Shown: positions 23,434-34,582 of the stretch, in pieces
How the letters are laid out: each line of letters begins with the position of its first letter
Numbering within the stretch: position 1 is the first letter of the stretch
Assembly: GCA_039815375.1 (NCBI GenBank)
Contig: JBCBZJ010000025.1
Location: forward strand, 1 to 42,150
Direction: 5' to 3'
From: Verrucomicrobiota bacterium
GTDB lineage: Bacteria > Verrucomicrobiota > Verrucomicrobiia > Opitutales > Coraliomargaritaceae
Length of the DNA: 42,150 bases
Program-made: the position numbers and the translations under genes
Notes under the pieces: generated by a model
What the model saw: the letters and a program-made list of their open reading frames with translations, nothing else
Told to the model about the DNA's origin: nothing
Databases searched by the model: none

Positions 23434-24506
23434 GATTCTACAGCCTCGTTAAAGGCCTTCATTTCAGCGTTGGTTCCTATGCTGACGCGAATAAAAGCGC
23501 AAGTTAAAGGATGGTTCGGGAAATAACGCACCAGAACCTTCCGGGCTTTCAGGAATTCAAAGAGCGACCTGGCAACTGCGGCCCCAGTCTCACCTACGAC
23601 GTTCTTCGGCTCAGTGAAGAGGAAATTCGCTGAGGAGGAATAGGTAAACCAGCCGAGCGCATCGAGCTTTACACGGGTCTCCTCGCGAGTGGTCACAACC
23701 TTCTCACGCTGTGCCTCAAAATAATCGACATCCTGGAAGGCTGCGAGCGCCGCCACTTGTGCTACCCGGTCAAGATTGTAAGCGTCACGCACTCGATCGA
23801 GCATGCCGATGATACCTTTGCTTGCCAGAGCGTAGCCGATCCGCATCCCTGCGAGCGAATAGGATTTTGAGAAAGTGCGGACAACAATGAGGTTTTCGTA
23901 GTCTCTGAGAAGTGGAATGGAACTTTCGCCGCCAAAATCAACATAGGCTTCATCCACCACGAGCAAACCGTCTATTGCCTGAAGCACCGCCTCGATTTTC
24001 GCCAATGGAAAAGCCACACCGGTTGGTGCATTTGGATTCGTCAGGAAAAAAACGCGTGCGTTGATCGCAGCGAGTGCCTCGACGTCCAGCTGCATGCTAC
24101 GATCGAAGGGCAAATCGATAAGTTTCTGCCCGGACATCCCTGTGACTACAGGATACAGTGAATAGCTCGGCACCGTGTGGATCGCACCCGGATCGCAAAC
24201 AAAGCAGCGGGTAATCAGATCAAGGATATTGTCGGAACCATTTCCAATGATAACACTCGCTCCAGACAATCCATAGCGCTGGCCAATGGCTTCCCGCAGC
24301 TTCATACTAAGCGGTTCTGGATAGAGGCGAAGCTTTTCGACCTCGGCAACCATAGCCCGAGCTACATCGGGAGAGGGTGGATACGGGTTTTCGTTAGTGT
24401 TGAGCTTCACCCAACCATCGCCCTGAGGCTGTTCTCCCGGCACATAGGCATGCAGGTCTTGAATGTGCGGCAGTGCACGGCTGGAAGCATCGAAGGTCTT
24501 TTTCAT
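23415..24506 (-). CDS. hisC: Histidinol-phosphate aminotransferase
   Basis: Motifs [30 protein letters not shown] and [16 protein letters not shown]. Confidence 0.96.
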   Translation of the reverse strand: MKKTFDASSRALPHIQDLHAYVPGEQPQGDGWVKLNTNENPYPPSPDVARAMVAEVEKLRLYPEPLSMKLREAIGQRYGLSGASVIIGNGSDNILDLITRCFVCDPGAIHTVPSYSLYPVVTGMSGQKLIDLPFDRSMQLDVEALAAINARVFFLTNPNAPTGVAFPLAKIEAVLQAIDGLLVVDEAYVDFGGESSIPLLRDYENLIVVRTFSKSYSLAGMRIGYALASKGIIGMLDRVRDAYNLDRVAQVAALAAFQDVDYFEAQREKVVTTREETRVKLDALGWFTYSSSANFLFTEPKNVVGETGAAVARSLFEFLKARKVLVRYFPNHPLTCAFIRVSIGTNAEMKAFNEAVESWLNNV

Positions 24507-24607
24507 TCTGAAGCAGCAGAGCGAAAATTGTTACACTTTAGGAGACAATAGAAATGTGTGATAGTTGCTGGTTGTCAGTCCGGCCAATTCACTAGTAAGA
24601 CAAGAAA

Positions 24608-25504
24608 ATGCAACCTGCACTACTTCTTCTCGCCGCCGGCATGGGCTCGCGCTACGGTGGACTGAAACAGCTCGACCCAATGGGACCGTCCGGTCAGACC
24701 ATGATCGACTATGCCGTGTTGGATGGCTGTCGTGGAGGTTTTGGCAAAGTGGTCTTTGTGATTCGGAAGGATTTTGAGAGGGAATTCCGAGAAAAAGTCG
24801 GTAGACGCTATGAGCGCATGGTTGATGTGCATTACGCCTTTCAACAAATCGATGACCTGCCAAGTAACTTTGCCGTTCCTCCAGGACGATCGAAACCATG
24901 GGGCACAGCTCATGCAGTGCGTGCCGCACGACATGTGATTGCCGAGCCTTTTGCGGTCATCAATGCGGACGACTTCTACGCTCAAGAGGCTTATGCTCAA
25001 ATGGCGGAGCACCTCAAAGTCCAGAGCGCAGAAAATGAACTCTGTGCCAGCATGGTCGGCTATGTATTGAAAAATACACTTTCACCATACGGCACCGTGA
25101 ATCGCGGCATCTGTAAAATCTCTGATGGCCAACTGAAATCTGTCGAGGAGTTTACCAAAATCGGCATTGATGAAGATGGGCAGCTTCGCGGCGAAGGTTT
25201 AGACGGGGAACGAGCTTTACTTCGCAGGAATGCGATCGTCTCGATGAATTTCTGGGGCTTCTCTCCCACTCTCTTCGAGCCTCTCGAAAAGGGATTTGAG
25301 ATTTTTCTGGCCGAACGAGGCAAGGACGAGAAGTCGGAATACTACCTACCCAGCCTGATCGACGAACTCATTCAGATCGACGCAGTGAAATGTCCAGTCC
25401 TTGAAACGGACAGCCGATGGTTCGGTGTGACCTATCCCGAGGACAAGAAAAGTGTTGTCGCCGGCCTACAGGCCCTGACCGACTCGGGAGTTTACGATTG
25501 CTAG
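24608..25504 (+). CDS. NTP-transferase (sugar-phosphate nucleotidyltransferase-like)
   Basis: Motifs LAAGMGSRYGGLKQ, KPWGTAHAV, INADDFY, VSMNFWGF and WFGVTY. Confidence 0.88.
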   Translation: MQPALLLLAAGMGSRYGGLKQLDPMGPSGQTMIDYAVLDGCRGGFGKVVFVIRKDFEREFREKVGRRYERMVDVHYAFQQIDDLPSNFAVPPGRSKPWGTAHAVRAARHVIAEPFAVINADDFYAQEAYAQMAEHLKVQSAENELCASMVGYVLKNTLSPYGTVNRGICKISDGQLKSVEEFTKIGIDEDGQLRGEGLDGERALLRRNAIVSMNFWGFSPTLFEPLEKGFEIFLAERGKDEKSEYYLPSLIDELIQIDAVKCPVLETDSRWFGVTYPEDKKSVVAGLQALTDSGVYDC

Positions 25505-26796
25505 AGACGAATTGTCAGCGACTTGCCGTGCGCATCAAGTTGTTCGAGGCGGGCAAAGGTCTCGACGACTGGAGCAGCTTTGGCGAGGGACTTCGCATCA
25601 TAACGCACAGTGCTGGAACGGCGCATGAAATCAGTTGCCTGCAGTCCACTGAAGAACCTTCCGGCACGCCCGGTTGGAAGTGTGTGGCTCGGCCCAGCGG
25701 TGAAATCACCTAAAACGGTCGGTGTCAGGTAGCCTTGTAAAATGGCACCGGCAGTAGTGATTTGCCTAGTCAGCGGTTCGATCGACTTGTCCGCAACTTG
25801 GAGCTCCAAATGCTCTGGAGCAATGTAGTTCGCGACTTGAGCCGCTTGCTTGAGCGTCTTGCAGGTGACAGCGAGGCAGCGCTTCTCGATCACCTTGGCG
25901 CATTTATTCGAATGGCGCAGGTTGGGTAGTTGGCTGGCGATCTGCTTTTCGATTTTCGCGAGCAGAGCTTTGCTCGTGGTAGCCAGGAAAATGATTTCCT
26001 TGCCGCTACCGTGTTCCGCCTGTGCGAGAAGGTCTGCCGCAACGTGGGAGGCATTCGCTCCTCCATCTGCAATGATCATTACTTCACTTGGCCCCGGAAG
26101 CAGGTCGATCCCAACAGTGCCAAGCACCTGCCGCTTGGCCTCCATGACAAAGGCATTGCCCGGCCCGAAGATTTTATCTACAGCCGGAACCGTCTTTGTG
26201 CCATAAGCCATCGCTCCGATAGCCTGAACACCACCTACTTTATAGACTTCCTCGACACCGACCATCGCAAGCGCGGCCAACATTCCGGGAGCAATCCTAC
26301 CGTTCTGGTCAGGCGGAGTGCAGACCGCAATCTCGGGACATTTAACCAACTTGGCCAACACCGCCGTCATAATGACAGTTGAAACCAATGGAACGTTACC
26401 ACCGGGAATATACAGGCCCACACGATGAATCGGATAGAACCGTTCTCCGACCAAACCACCTTGAGCATTTTTCGCCTTCCATGCCTTCGGAAGAGTCTTT
26501 TTGTGAAATTCCTTCACCAGAGCAATTGATTCACGAATAGCATTGCGATCAGATACAGAAATTGAATTGAGCGATTCCTTAATTTCGTCCGGGGCAACGC
26601 GCATGGAAGCCGCTTTAAGCGATGCTCCATCAAACTTTTTGGTATATTCGAGCACGGCCTTATCACCATTTTTGCGAACATCTGCCAGAACCCCGCTGAC
26701 AACATCCGCAACGTCACCCGCAACAGCGGCGTTGAGGCAGAACTTACGCAGAGCCTGACTGAATTTTGGTGTTTCGGTATATTCGAGCTTTAACAT
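25501..26796 (-). CDS. hisD: Histidinol dehydrogenase
   Basis: Motifs VGLYIPGG, KIFGPGN, GPSEV, DLLAQAEH, APEHLEL and GPSHTLPT. Confidence 0.97.
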   Translation of the reverse strand: MLKLEYTETPKFSQALRKFCLNAAVAGDVADVVSGVLADVRKNGDKAVLEYTKKFDGASLKAASMRVAPDEIKESLNSISVSDRNAIRESIALVKEFHKKTLPKAWKAKNAQGGLVGERFYPIHRVGLYIPGGNVPLVSTVIMTAVLAKLVKCPEIAVCTPPDQNGRIAPGMLAALAMVGVEEVYKVGGVQAIGAMAYGTKTVPAVDKIFGPGNAFVMEAKRQVLGTVGIDLLPGPSEVMIIADGGANASHVAADLLAQAEHGSGKEIIFLATTSKALLAKIEKQIASQLPNLRHSNKCAKVIEKRCLAVTCKTLKQAAQVANYIAPEHLELQVADKSIEPLTRQITTAGAILQGYLTPTVLGDFTAGPSHTLPTGRAGRFFSGLQATDFMRRSSTVRYDAKSLAKAAPVVETFARLEQLDAHGKSLTIRL

Positions 26797-26841
26797 AGAC
26801 GAAGGAGAACAAGTCTTCCCATCCAGCGCAAGTGCGACGCC

Positions 26842-27573
26842 CTACTTCTTCTTGGGCTTCGGAATCTTGAAGATGCCACCGGGCAGAGGCTCGTTAACTC
26901 CAACTTCAGATAATACGATCGTATGAAGCTTGTGTTCGCCTTCGTAATATTCGATCCGCTTCGGAAACTTAATCCCCTTCACTATTTGGCTGCCGTGACT
27001 AACACTCTCCACACCATTTTCACTGATTTCAGAAACGAGGGTGTGATCTTTTACTGAAAAGAAGCGGGTCGTCTCAAGACCACTCGGATACTTGTATTTC
27101 AAGACATGGGAGCTCTTGCCACGGTGTTTTCTGGTTCCCTCGTAACTAACTTCCTCGCCATTTCCAATATCAGGATAATAGAAACTGAAAAACTGGCGCG
27201 TGCTGTATAAAACCCTATCCTGCTCTGGCTTAGAAAGATCCCGCATCTGCGAAGTATCCGCATCGATGTAGGAACGAATGATGGTAGCGCGGCGCCCATT
27301 GAAAATCGTGGTCTCGATCATATCGTCCATAGTAAGTTCCAGCCTCTTGGAATTAGGCTTGCGAGCGAGAATTTTTAATTCTGCAGCAGGCACCTTTGGA
27401 TCCGCAGGCTCTAAACGTCCAATAAATTTCAGGGTAACTAGTCCGTCCAAAGCAGCCTCCTCACCAAGTGTCGCCCGTGCCAGGCTAATGACTTCTTCGG
27501 TTGAGACAGCCTTCGATTGAAGCTCTGAAAGGAAGATGGAAAGGGAAAGAAAACTGAGTAAAAAGTTACGCAT
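26842..27573 (-). CDS. Exported hypothetical protein (possibly LolA-like / lipoprotein-sorting fold)
   Basis: Signal peptide, and the C-terminal pattern VKGIKFPKRIEYY...VNEPLPGGIFKIP. The fold is inferred. Confidence 0.6.
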   Translation of the reverse strand: MRNFLLSFLSLSIFLSELQSKAVSTEEVISLARATLGEEAALDGLVTLKFIGRLEPADPKVPAAELKILARKPNSKRLELTMDDMIETTIFNGRRATIIRSYIDADTSQMRDLSKPEQDRVLYSTRQFFSFYYPDIGNGEEVSYEGTRKHRGKSSHVLKYKYPSGLETTRFFSVKDHTLVSEISENGVESVSHGSQIVKGIKFPKRIEYYEGEHKLHTIVLSEVGVNEPLPGGIFKIPKPKKK

Positions 27574-27612
27574 AACTCTTCACATTAGACCACAAAAACC
27601 AGCGACGGTTGC

Positions 27613-29160
27613 CTACTCCCACTCGATGGTGCTTGGAGGCTTGGAACTAATATCCAAGACGACCCGATTACATCCTGAAACTTCGTTAATGATCCGGCTG
27701 GAAATCGTGCGAAGCACCTCATAAGGCACGCGGGCCCAGTCTGCGGTCATCGCGTCGACACTCTCGACGATGCGCAGAGCGACGACATTCTCATAAGTGC
27801 GTTCATCACCCATCACACCGACCGTTTTTACCGGAAGAAAAACACAGAAAGACTGCCAGACTTTGTAGTAGAGGTCGGCCGCGATCATCTCTTCATGCAA
27901 GATAGCATCGGCTTTGCGAAGCACATCGAGGTCCTTCCTTCGAATCGGCCCCATTACTCGAACACCCAGACCAGGCCCCGGAAATGGCTGACGCCACACA
28001 ACTTCCTTCGGCAAGCCGAGCTCGGAGCCGAGCTCACGGACTTCGTCCTTAAAAAGCTCACGCAGCGGCTCGAGTAAATCGAGCTTCATCTTTTTGGGTA
28101 GACCGCCCACATTGTGATGGCTCTTGATCAGTGCAGCAGGATTACCATCAATCGCGACAGACTCGATCACATCCGGATAGAGCGTGCCCTGAGCAAGAAA
28201 TGCATAGTTGCCCCGCTTTTTGAGCTTGGTGACTTCTTCGTCGAACACTTCGACAAATGTGTTGCCGATGATTTTTCGCTTCTTCTCTGGGTCAAACACG
28301 CCTTTGAGCCGACCGAGAAAGAGATTGGCCTTTTTCGCTACGCGCAGATCGAGATCGAAATGGTCTCCGTAAAGCTTTTCGACCTGCTCACGTTCGTGCA
28401 GGCGAAGAAGCCCATTGTCTACAAAAACGCACGTAAGTTGCTTGCCTATAGCTTTATGAATGAGAGCAGCGGCAACAGAAGAATCGACGCCTCCACTCAA
28501 ACCCAGAATAACGCGCTTGTCTCCAACTGTTTCACGAATCTGACGAACCGATTCTTCGATATAGTTGGCCATCGACCATTCGGCCTTACATTTGCATATC
28601 TTCAGCAAGAAGTTCGCCAGCACTTCCATTCCCATTTCAGAGTGGGCTACCTCCGGGTGAAACTGCATCCCGTAGAAGTCCCGCTTGGCGTCCTGAATGG
28701 TGGCATAAGGGGAATTCTCGGTCTGAGCAATGGCCTCGAAGCCCTTCGGGAGTTTTTCAAGCCGGTCACCATGAGAATTCCAAACACGAAGGTTGTTGGG
28801 AAGCCCCGCGAAGAGCCTACCCTTCTTCGATACCTTTAGAGTTCCGTGACCGAATTCACGTTGTGCACTTTTGCCAACCTTACCGCCGAGCATGTGTGCC
28901 ATGAGTTGCTCACCATAGCAAATCCCGAGGATGGGAATGCCAAGTTCAAAGACTTTCTTATCCGGACGAGGCGAGCCTTTCAGCAAGACAGAGGATGGCC
29001 CACCGGAGAGTATGATTCCCTTGACACCCTCTTTTTTGAGCACGCTCGCTTTAGTATTATAAGGATAAATTCGAGAAAGCACATTGGCCTCACGGATACG
29101 ACGTGCAATGACCTGAGTGTATTGCGAACCAAAGTCTAGAACTGCTATAATATCTGGCAT
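27613..29160 (-). CDS. guaA: GMP synthase (glutamine-hydrolysing)
   Basis: Motifs [38 protein letters not shown] and KPPSTIEWE. Confidence 0.99.
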   Translation of the reverse strand: MPDIIAVLDFGSQYTQVIARRIREANVLSRIYPYNTKASVLKKEGVKGIILSGGPSSVLLKGSPRPDKKVFELGIPILGICYGEQLMAHMLGGKVGKSAQREFGHGTLKVSKKGRLFAGLPNNLRVWNSHGDRLEKLPKGFEAIAQTENSPYATIQDAKRDFYGMQFHPEVAHSEMGMEVLANFLLKICKCKAEWSMANYIEESVRQIRETVGDKRVILGLSGGVDSSVAAALIHKAIGKQLTCVFVDNGLLRLHEREQVEKLYGDHFDLDLRVAKKANLFLGRLKGVFDPEKKRKIIGNTFVEVFDEEVTKLKKRGNYAFLAQGTLYPDVIESVAIDGNPAALIKSHHNVGGLPKKMKLDLLEPLRELFKDEVRELGSELGLPKEVVWRQPFPGPGLGVRVMGPIRRKDLDVLRKADAILHEEMIAADLYYKVWQSFCVFLPVKTVGVMGDERTYENVVALRIVESVDAMTADWARVPYEVLRTISSRIINEVSGCNRVVLDISSKPPSTIEWE

Positions 29161-29193
29161 GATAGTGGATAAAGTAAGAACGAGATGAAACGT

Positions 29194-29427
29194 TTAAAAG
29201 CCAAGCCTGCCGTTGATAAACCCACATCGCGGGCACTTGGACTCCGTTGAATCATGGGAGCCTGTGTAAATTTCACTGCACTTGATACAATGATAAACGA
29301 CCTTCATACGCTGTTCCTGGTAAAGATGCTGGTCTCGACGATCGTAATACAGCCAGAGGCTGAAAATGAGAAGGAATCCGCCTCCCAGGTAGAGAAGAAA
29401 AAAGAGATCTACATCCAGTCCGATCAC
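29194..29427 (-). CDS. Small membrane-anchored zinc-ribbon protein
   Basis: N-terminal TM helix followed by CIKC...CPRC. Fills the prs-guaA gap. Confidence 0.7.
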   Translation of the reverse strand: MIGLDVDLFFLLYLGGGFLLIFSLWLYYDRRDQHLYQEQRMKVVYHCIKCSEIYTGSHDSTESKCPRCGFINGRLGF

Positions 29428-29450
29428 GGTGAAATGAGTTCGTTCAAGAG

Positions 29451-30401
29451 TTAGAATCCCTTTATTTTAAAAAGCCCGGTAACACTGGCATTATTGTGAA
29501 TCCGGTTGATACCCTCTCCGAGCAGCTCAGCCACACTCAACACCGTAATCGGGAGATCATCGGCCTGCCTCACGGGGGTTGTATTCGTAGTGATCAAACG
29601 ATCAATCGGGCCACTAGCCAGACGCTCGTAGCCACGGTCGTTCAAAACCCCGTGACTGACTGCCGCCATCACGCTCTTGGCTCCATTCCTCTTCAGAAGC
29701 TTAGCAGCCGCACATAAAGTGCCTGCAGTCTCAGTCATGTCGTCGATCAGCAAAATATCGCGCCCCTCCGTTTCTCCAACCAATGAAGTCGCCTCTACTT
29801 TCTCGGCACTAACACGACGCTTGGCAATGAAGCCGAGTGGCACATCGAGCATTTTGGCATAAGCTGAGGCCATCTTCATTCCACCCACATCAGGTGAGAA
29901 AAGCGATAGATTGGCTGTATCGATCGTCTTAAGATACTGGAAAAGAACCGGTGAAGCGTAGAGATGATCGACCGGAATATCGAAAAAACCTTGAATCTGC
30001 TGGGTGTGGAGATCGACGGTTAAAACGCGATTTGCACCTGCTGAAACCAAAAGATTCGCAACCAATTTTGAAGTAATCGGCACACGTGGTTGATCTTTCC
30101 GGTCCTGCCGCGCGTAGCCATAAAATGGAATTACAGCCGTGATGCGATTGGCAGAAGCTCGACGGGCTGCATCAATCATAATGAAGAGCTCCATCAGGTT
30201 CTGATTTGCGGGATTGCAGGTGGACTGAATAATAAAGACATCCGCCCCGCGAATGTTCTCATTAATACGGACAAAGCTCTCGCCATCGGGAAAGCTGATC
30301 ACATCGGCTTTGCCTAGAGGCACTTCCAAGTAGTCACAAATCTCTTCGGCCAACGCCGGATTTGAATTACCGCAGAAGATTTTTAGTGTCGAATCGCCCA
30401 T
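29451..30401 (-). CDS. prs: Ribose-phosphate pyrophosphokinase
   Basis: Motifs FPDGE, YGYARQDRK, DLHTQQIQGFFDIPVD, SPDVGG and IDDMTETAGTL. Confidence 0.98.
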   Translation of the reverse strand: MGDSTLKIFCGNSNPALAEEICDYLEVPLGKADVISFPDGESFVRINENIRGADVFIIQSTCNPANQNLMELFIMIDAARRASANRITAVIPFYGYARQDRKDQPRVPITSKLVANLLVSAGANRVLTVDLHTQQIQGFFDIPVDHLYASPVLFQYLKTIDTANLSLFSPDVGGMKMASAYAKMLDVPLGFIAKRRVSAEKVEATSLVGETEGRDILLIDDMTETAGTLCAAAKLLKRNGAKSVMAAVSHGVLNDRGYERLASGPIDRLITTNTTPVRQADDLPITVLSVAELLGEGINRIHNNASVTGLFKIKGF

Positions 30402-30405
30402 ATGT

Positions 30406-31467
30406 TCAGTCGTCGTTTGTGCTCTTGTTTAACTGAGCCTCAATAGATTTCTCAAGTTGATCAAACCTTTTGAAAAGATTGGGCAATTTTCTCTGAAGCA
30501 CGATAAGCCGTCCGGCTAAAGCCATATCCATCGCTGGCGCCCCACGTAGTTTGGCACCGGGCTCGACAGACTTGGAAACGCCACTTTGAGCCGAAATCAT
30601 AGCACCAGCTCCGATTTTGATATGCCCAACCACACCTGCCTGACCACCCAGAACAACGCCGTTCCCCAGCTCGGAACTACCACTTATCCCTACCTGAGAC
30701 ACAACCAGACAATTTTGGCCAATTTGAACGTTATGCGCGATCTGCACCAAATTATCAATTTTGCTTCCAGCACCGATGTAGGTGCTGCCGAAACGGGCCC
30801 GATCCACCGTTGTATTCGCTCCGATATCGACCGCTTCAGCCGTAACAACGTTACCGATCTGAGGAACTCTCTGATGCTGTCCGTCCATATACTCATAGCC
30901 GTATCCGTCGGAACCAATCACACAACCTGACTGCAAACGATTTCGAGGACCGATTTCGCAATAGGCTCCAACACTCACCCCGGAGAAAAGATAGGAGCCA
31001 TCACCAATCTTAGCTTTATTTCCAATACAAACATGACTCTCGAGAAAAGCTGCTCCTACTACCGCCCCGGCACCGACAACACAAAGCGGTCCGATGCTGG
31101 CCTCTTCAGATATCTTGGCATCAGGATGGATTACCGCGGACGGATGCACTCCGGGCTCCGGCTGAGGCATAATCATACGCTCGATTTCATGACAAATCAA
31201 CGCCAAGGCAAAGGAAGGGCTTTCCAGATGAATAAAGAGCTGATTCTCAACCGGAACACCTTCGTAGTCGGCCGGGAGCAGTAGAACGGAAGCCTTCGAG
31301 GCAGGAACTTCTGATCGGTATTTAGGATTGCCGAGGAAAGACAAATCACCGCCCTCTGCAGCAGACAAAGAGGAAATTCCAGTTACCTGTCCTCTGTAAT
31401 CCCCCTGCGTCCTAACTGCGTCACCAAGAACTCTAAAAATGCTTTCGAGCGAAAATGAAAATGCCAT
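30406..31467 (-). CDS. lpxD: UDP-3-O-acylglucosamine N-acyltransferase
   Basis: Motifs LSFLGNPKY, IGSDGYGY, IGANTTVDRA and KIDNLVQIAHNV, with hexapeptide repeats. Confidence 0.96.
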   Translation of the reverse strand: MAFSFSLESIFRVLGDAVRTQGDYRGQVTGISSLSAAEGGDLSFLGNPKYRSEVPASKASVLLLPADYEGVPVENQLFIHLESPSFALALICHEIERMIMPQPEPGVHPSAVIHPDAKISEEASIGPLCVVGAGAVVGAAFLESHVCIGNKAKIGDGSYLFSGVSVGAYCEIGPRNRLQSGCVIGSDGYGYEYMDGQHQRVPQIGNVVTAEAVDIGANTTVDRARFGSTYIGAGSKIDNLVQIAHNVQIGQNCLVVSQVGISGSSELGNGVVLGGQAGVVGHIKIGAGAMISAQSGVSKSVEPGAKLRGAPAMDMALAGRLIVLQRKLPNLFKRFDQLEKSIEAQLNKSTNDD

Positions 31468-31470
31468 GAC

Positions 31471-31507
31471 AAATAAAAAACCCTGTTCCTTAGACGAACA
31501 GGGTTTT
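31471..31507 (-). terminator. Intrinsic terminator between skp and lpxD
   Basis: AAAACCCTGTTC (31477-31488) / GAACAGGGTTTT (31496-31507). The minus strand ends in TTTTTTATTT. Confidence 0.8.
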
Positions 31508-31530
31508 GAAAAATGTTTATGAAGACAAGA

Positions 31531-32079
31531 TTACTCTGCTGCTTCTGTATTAAGAATGGCGATTACTGCGTCTGTGATCTCAAGCGAATCATCCGAGAAG
31601 ATAACGGAATTTTTAGGAAGAACGAGGTCAATTCCCTTGTCCTTGGCGACAACCTTCACAGCTTCCACAGCCTTCTCCTGAAGTGGCGCCAGGTCTTCCT
31701 GTTGTCCTTGTTGTGCCAGCTGTTGAGCCTGTTGGCGGAATTGGTTCAACTTTACTTGTTCTTGCTGCAATTGCCTCTGAAGTTCAATAACCTTAGCCTG
31801 AGCTTCGGCAACTGCTTCTTCACTTGCTGCAGGGTTCTTCGCCATAGTCTCAGCCTCACGACCGTCGGTGACGATCTTCTGGATATTGGCCTGCATCTTC
31901 TGCATTTCCTCTTCGACCGGCGCGACAGAGCCACGCACCTTCTCAACAGCAGACTGGAAAACAGTGTAGTCATTGAGGACGCGCTGGACATCAACGGTTC
32001 CAACGATTGGCGTTTTCTGCGCAAAACCAGCAGCTGCAAAAAGAGCCGAAGCAAGGATAACTGTGATAAGTTTTTTCAT
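31531..32079 (-). CDS. skp: OmpH/Skp periplasmic chaperone
   Basis: Signal peptide, VGTVDVQRVL, Q/E-rich coiled coil, GIDLVL...EITDAVI. Lies between bamA and lpxD. Confidence 0.9.
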   Translation of the reverse strand: MKKLITVILASALFAAAGFAQKTPIVGTVDVQRVLNDYTVFQSAVEKVRGSVAPVEEEMQKMQANIQKIVTDGREAETMAKNPAASEEAVAEAQAKVIELQRQLQQEQVKLNQFRQQAQQLAQQGQQEDLAPLQEKAVEAVKVVAKDKGIDLVLPKNSVIFSDDSLEITDAVIAILNTEAAE

Positions 32080-32125
32080 TATAGATTTTAAGTTACAGGA
32101 TTAGTAAGTGCGGTATAAAAGAGAA

Positions 32126-34558
32126 CTAGAAGCGTGTGCCAAAGGAAAAATTGAACTGGGTGCCTCCATCAGCACCCGGTGGAGACGTAATGGGGATACC
32201 AAGATCGAGCTGCAGAGGCGAGCCCATGAGAAGAACGCGGGCACCAACGCCCCAGTTATCCGCATAGTCGGAAAAACTAAAATCAAACTCATCCTCGTTA
32301 ACATAACCCCAATCGTAGAAAATGACAAAACCCAAAGGTTCCGCGACGCGGAACAAATACTCGAGTGAGACCATCGAGTAGGAATTACCACCAATTGATT
32401 CGTCAGAGTCATCGGCATCCCGCGGACCGACATCCCGGAAATCGAAGCCACGCAAGGTGTCAGGTCCACCCAGATAAAAGCGGTCATAGAACGGCACGAT
32501 ATCGCTGTCGCCCCACGGTGTAACAGTCCCGGTCCGGGCAATCACCGAAAGAGACTGTTCGAACAAATCGAACGTTGGGAAGAATTGTGCCGTCCTCGCC
32601 TCGAATTTGTAATAATTCACATCACCTCCTAAACCAGCGAGCTCATTGATAATACTGGTCCGGTTTCCTCTACGTGTAAAAATAAGCTTGTCGCGATTAT
32701 CGCGCAGGAAGGTCAGTCCGACCTTAGAAACAAGATCTTCACCTTCTGCTGCTTGGAAAACATCAGGCACACCATCATTGCTCAGAGATCCATCAGGATT
32801 CTCAATCGTATTGTTAGAGTCATTAGGGTCGTCCGGATTCGCAAACGGGAATCGGGCCACATCGAAAATCTCGACTAACTCCAAACGGTAGGAAAGCCGA
32901 GCCTCCACCAACTCGAAGAGTCTGCGACGCAAGTAAAGTTCAAAACCAGTGCGCAGTTCGTTATAATCAACACTATTAAAGTCTGATTCAGTGCGAAAGA
33001 GCTCGACGCCAAACTCGAGGCGCTGCTCAAAAAGCCACGGTTCGACAAAACCAATAAGTATCTGGTTACTATCCGTTCCGATAGAAGCCCGGAAACGGAA
33101 CTTTTGTCCATCGCCTTGAAAACCTGAGCGCCAGTTGAACAAATCGAAATTCCCCTGAGTCAGTTCAAAATAAAGAACTGCACTCTCAACAGACCCGAAA
33201 CCGGCACCGAAGGTAAAATTACCCGTCCGCCCCTCTCGAACGGTAATCCCAAGATCTTTGCGTCCTGGAATATTGGTAGGCTCAGGGTTGAGACGCACTT
33301 CCTCGAAATAGCTGGTGTTGTCGAGTCGCGCTTCACTGATTTCCATCCGCTTACGGTCAAATACATCACCTGGGCGTAATGCTAATTCACGAATCAGAAC
33401 AACTGCCTTGGACTTGGTATTTCCTTCAACACGAATGGATTCGAGGTAGAAGCGCTCGCTTTCACGCAGGCGGAAGTTCACATCGATGCGACGATTATCC
33501 ATGTTCGGCACGCGCTCGGCTCGAACTACGGAATCAAGATAGCCTCTCGAAGTATAATAATCACGTATCGCATTTGCAGCCTCGTCGACATCCTGCGGCG
33601 AAAACTCTTCGCCTGCCTTCAGCTTTATATTAGAAAAGAGTTCATCCGTTGTGAAAATCGTATTATTCTCGATCGACAAGTCACCGAGGTAATAGAGGTC
33701 GCCTTCAGAGACGTTGATCGTGATATCAACCTTGTTTTTCTTCTCAAAATCGAATTTGACCAGATCCTCGTTGATGACCGAGTCGAGATAACCATTGTCC
33801 CGGTAGAATTTGCGAAGGGTATCGAGATCTTCACTGAACTTCTTTTCGTCGAACTTGCCGGAGCCCGTAATCCAAGAGAACCAACCGTCTTTCTTCGTCT
33901 CCATCTGGCGGCGCAACTTCTTGTCTTTGAAAACCTCGTTGCCTTCGAAGTAGATGTCATCGATTTTCAGATCGCCTCCTTCTTCGATGTCAATGTCGAC
34001 AATCGCATAACCGGTTTCCGTATTTCGCGATATTCTGTAGTCGACTACTGCATCGGGATACCCCTTCTCGACATAGTAGGCGGCGACTGCGTCTACCGCG
34101 ACACTTACCAGATACTCATCAAGCGACATCCCCACCTCAAGGGTTATGTTTTCGGCAATTTCCGCTTTGCGCGATAGGCGTCTGTCTGAGAAATTCTCGT
34201 TTCCGTTGAACCGGATACGTTCAATTGTATACTTTGATACCAATTCAAAATAGACGTCTACCGTTTCATCGGCAGCGTTCTCCACGCGCACTTCAACAAA
34301 CTCGAAATACCCGGATCCGTAGAGGGCCCGAATCGACTGATCGATCAAGGCAGGGCTATAATTCATACCGGGGCGCAACTGGATATTCGAAAATACGAAC
34401 TGATCACTGACCGCACGAAAACCTTCGAACTCGGGAATGATCCGGTTAATCACAGGGAAGGTTTTGGCCTGGTCCGACGTCTGGGCATCAACCACTGTAT
34501 TTTGAAACGCCAACAAGCCTACGGAGCAGGCACAAAAGATAATTCTAAAGATTCGCAT
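32126..34558 (-). CDS. bamA: Outer membrane protein assembly factor BamA
   Basis: POTRA repeats (GNEVF, GYLD), [12 protein letters not shown] and C-terminal [10 protein letters not shown]. Confidence 0.96.
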   Translation of the reverse strand: MRIFRIIFCACSVGLLAFQNTVVDAQTSDQAKTFPVINRIIPEFEGFRAVSDQFVFSNIQLRPGMNYSPALIDQSIRALYGSGYFEFVEVRVENAADETVDVYFELVSKYTIERIRFNGNENFSDRRLSRKAEIAENITLEVGMSLDEYLVSVAVDAVAAYYVEKGYPDAVVDYRISRNTETGYAIVDIDIEEGGDLKIDDIYFEGNEVFKDKKLRRQMETKKDGWFSWITGSGKFDEKKFSEDLDTLRKFYRDNGYLDSVINEDLVKFDFEKKNKVDITINVSEGDLYYLGDLSIENNTIFTTDELFSNIKLKAGEEFSPQDVDEAANAIRDYYTSRGYLDSVVRAERVPNMDNRRIDVNFRLRESERFYLESIRVEGNTKSKAVVLIRELALRPGDVFDRKRMEISEARLDNTSYFEEVRLNPEPTNIPGRKDLGITVREGRTGNFTFGAGFGSVESAVLYFELTQGNFDLFNWRSGFQGDGQKFRFRASIGTDSNQILIGFVEPWLFEQRLEFGVELFRTESDFNSVDYNELRTGFELYLRRRLFELVEARLSYRLELVEIFDVARFPFANPDDPNDSNNTIENPDGSLSNDGVPDVFQAAEGEDLVSKVGLTFLRDNRDKLIFTRRGNRTSIINELAGLGGDVNYYKFEARTAQFFPTFDLFEQSLSVIARTGTVTPWGDSDIVPFYDRFYLGGPDTLRGFDFRDVGPRDADDSDESIGGNSYSMVSLEYLFRVAEPLGFVIFYDWGYVNEDEFDFSFSDYADNWGVGARVLLMGSPLQLDLGIPITSPPGADGGTQFNFSFGTRF

Positions 34559-34582
34559 GGGTTCAAAATCGCCACCTGGCGA

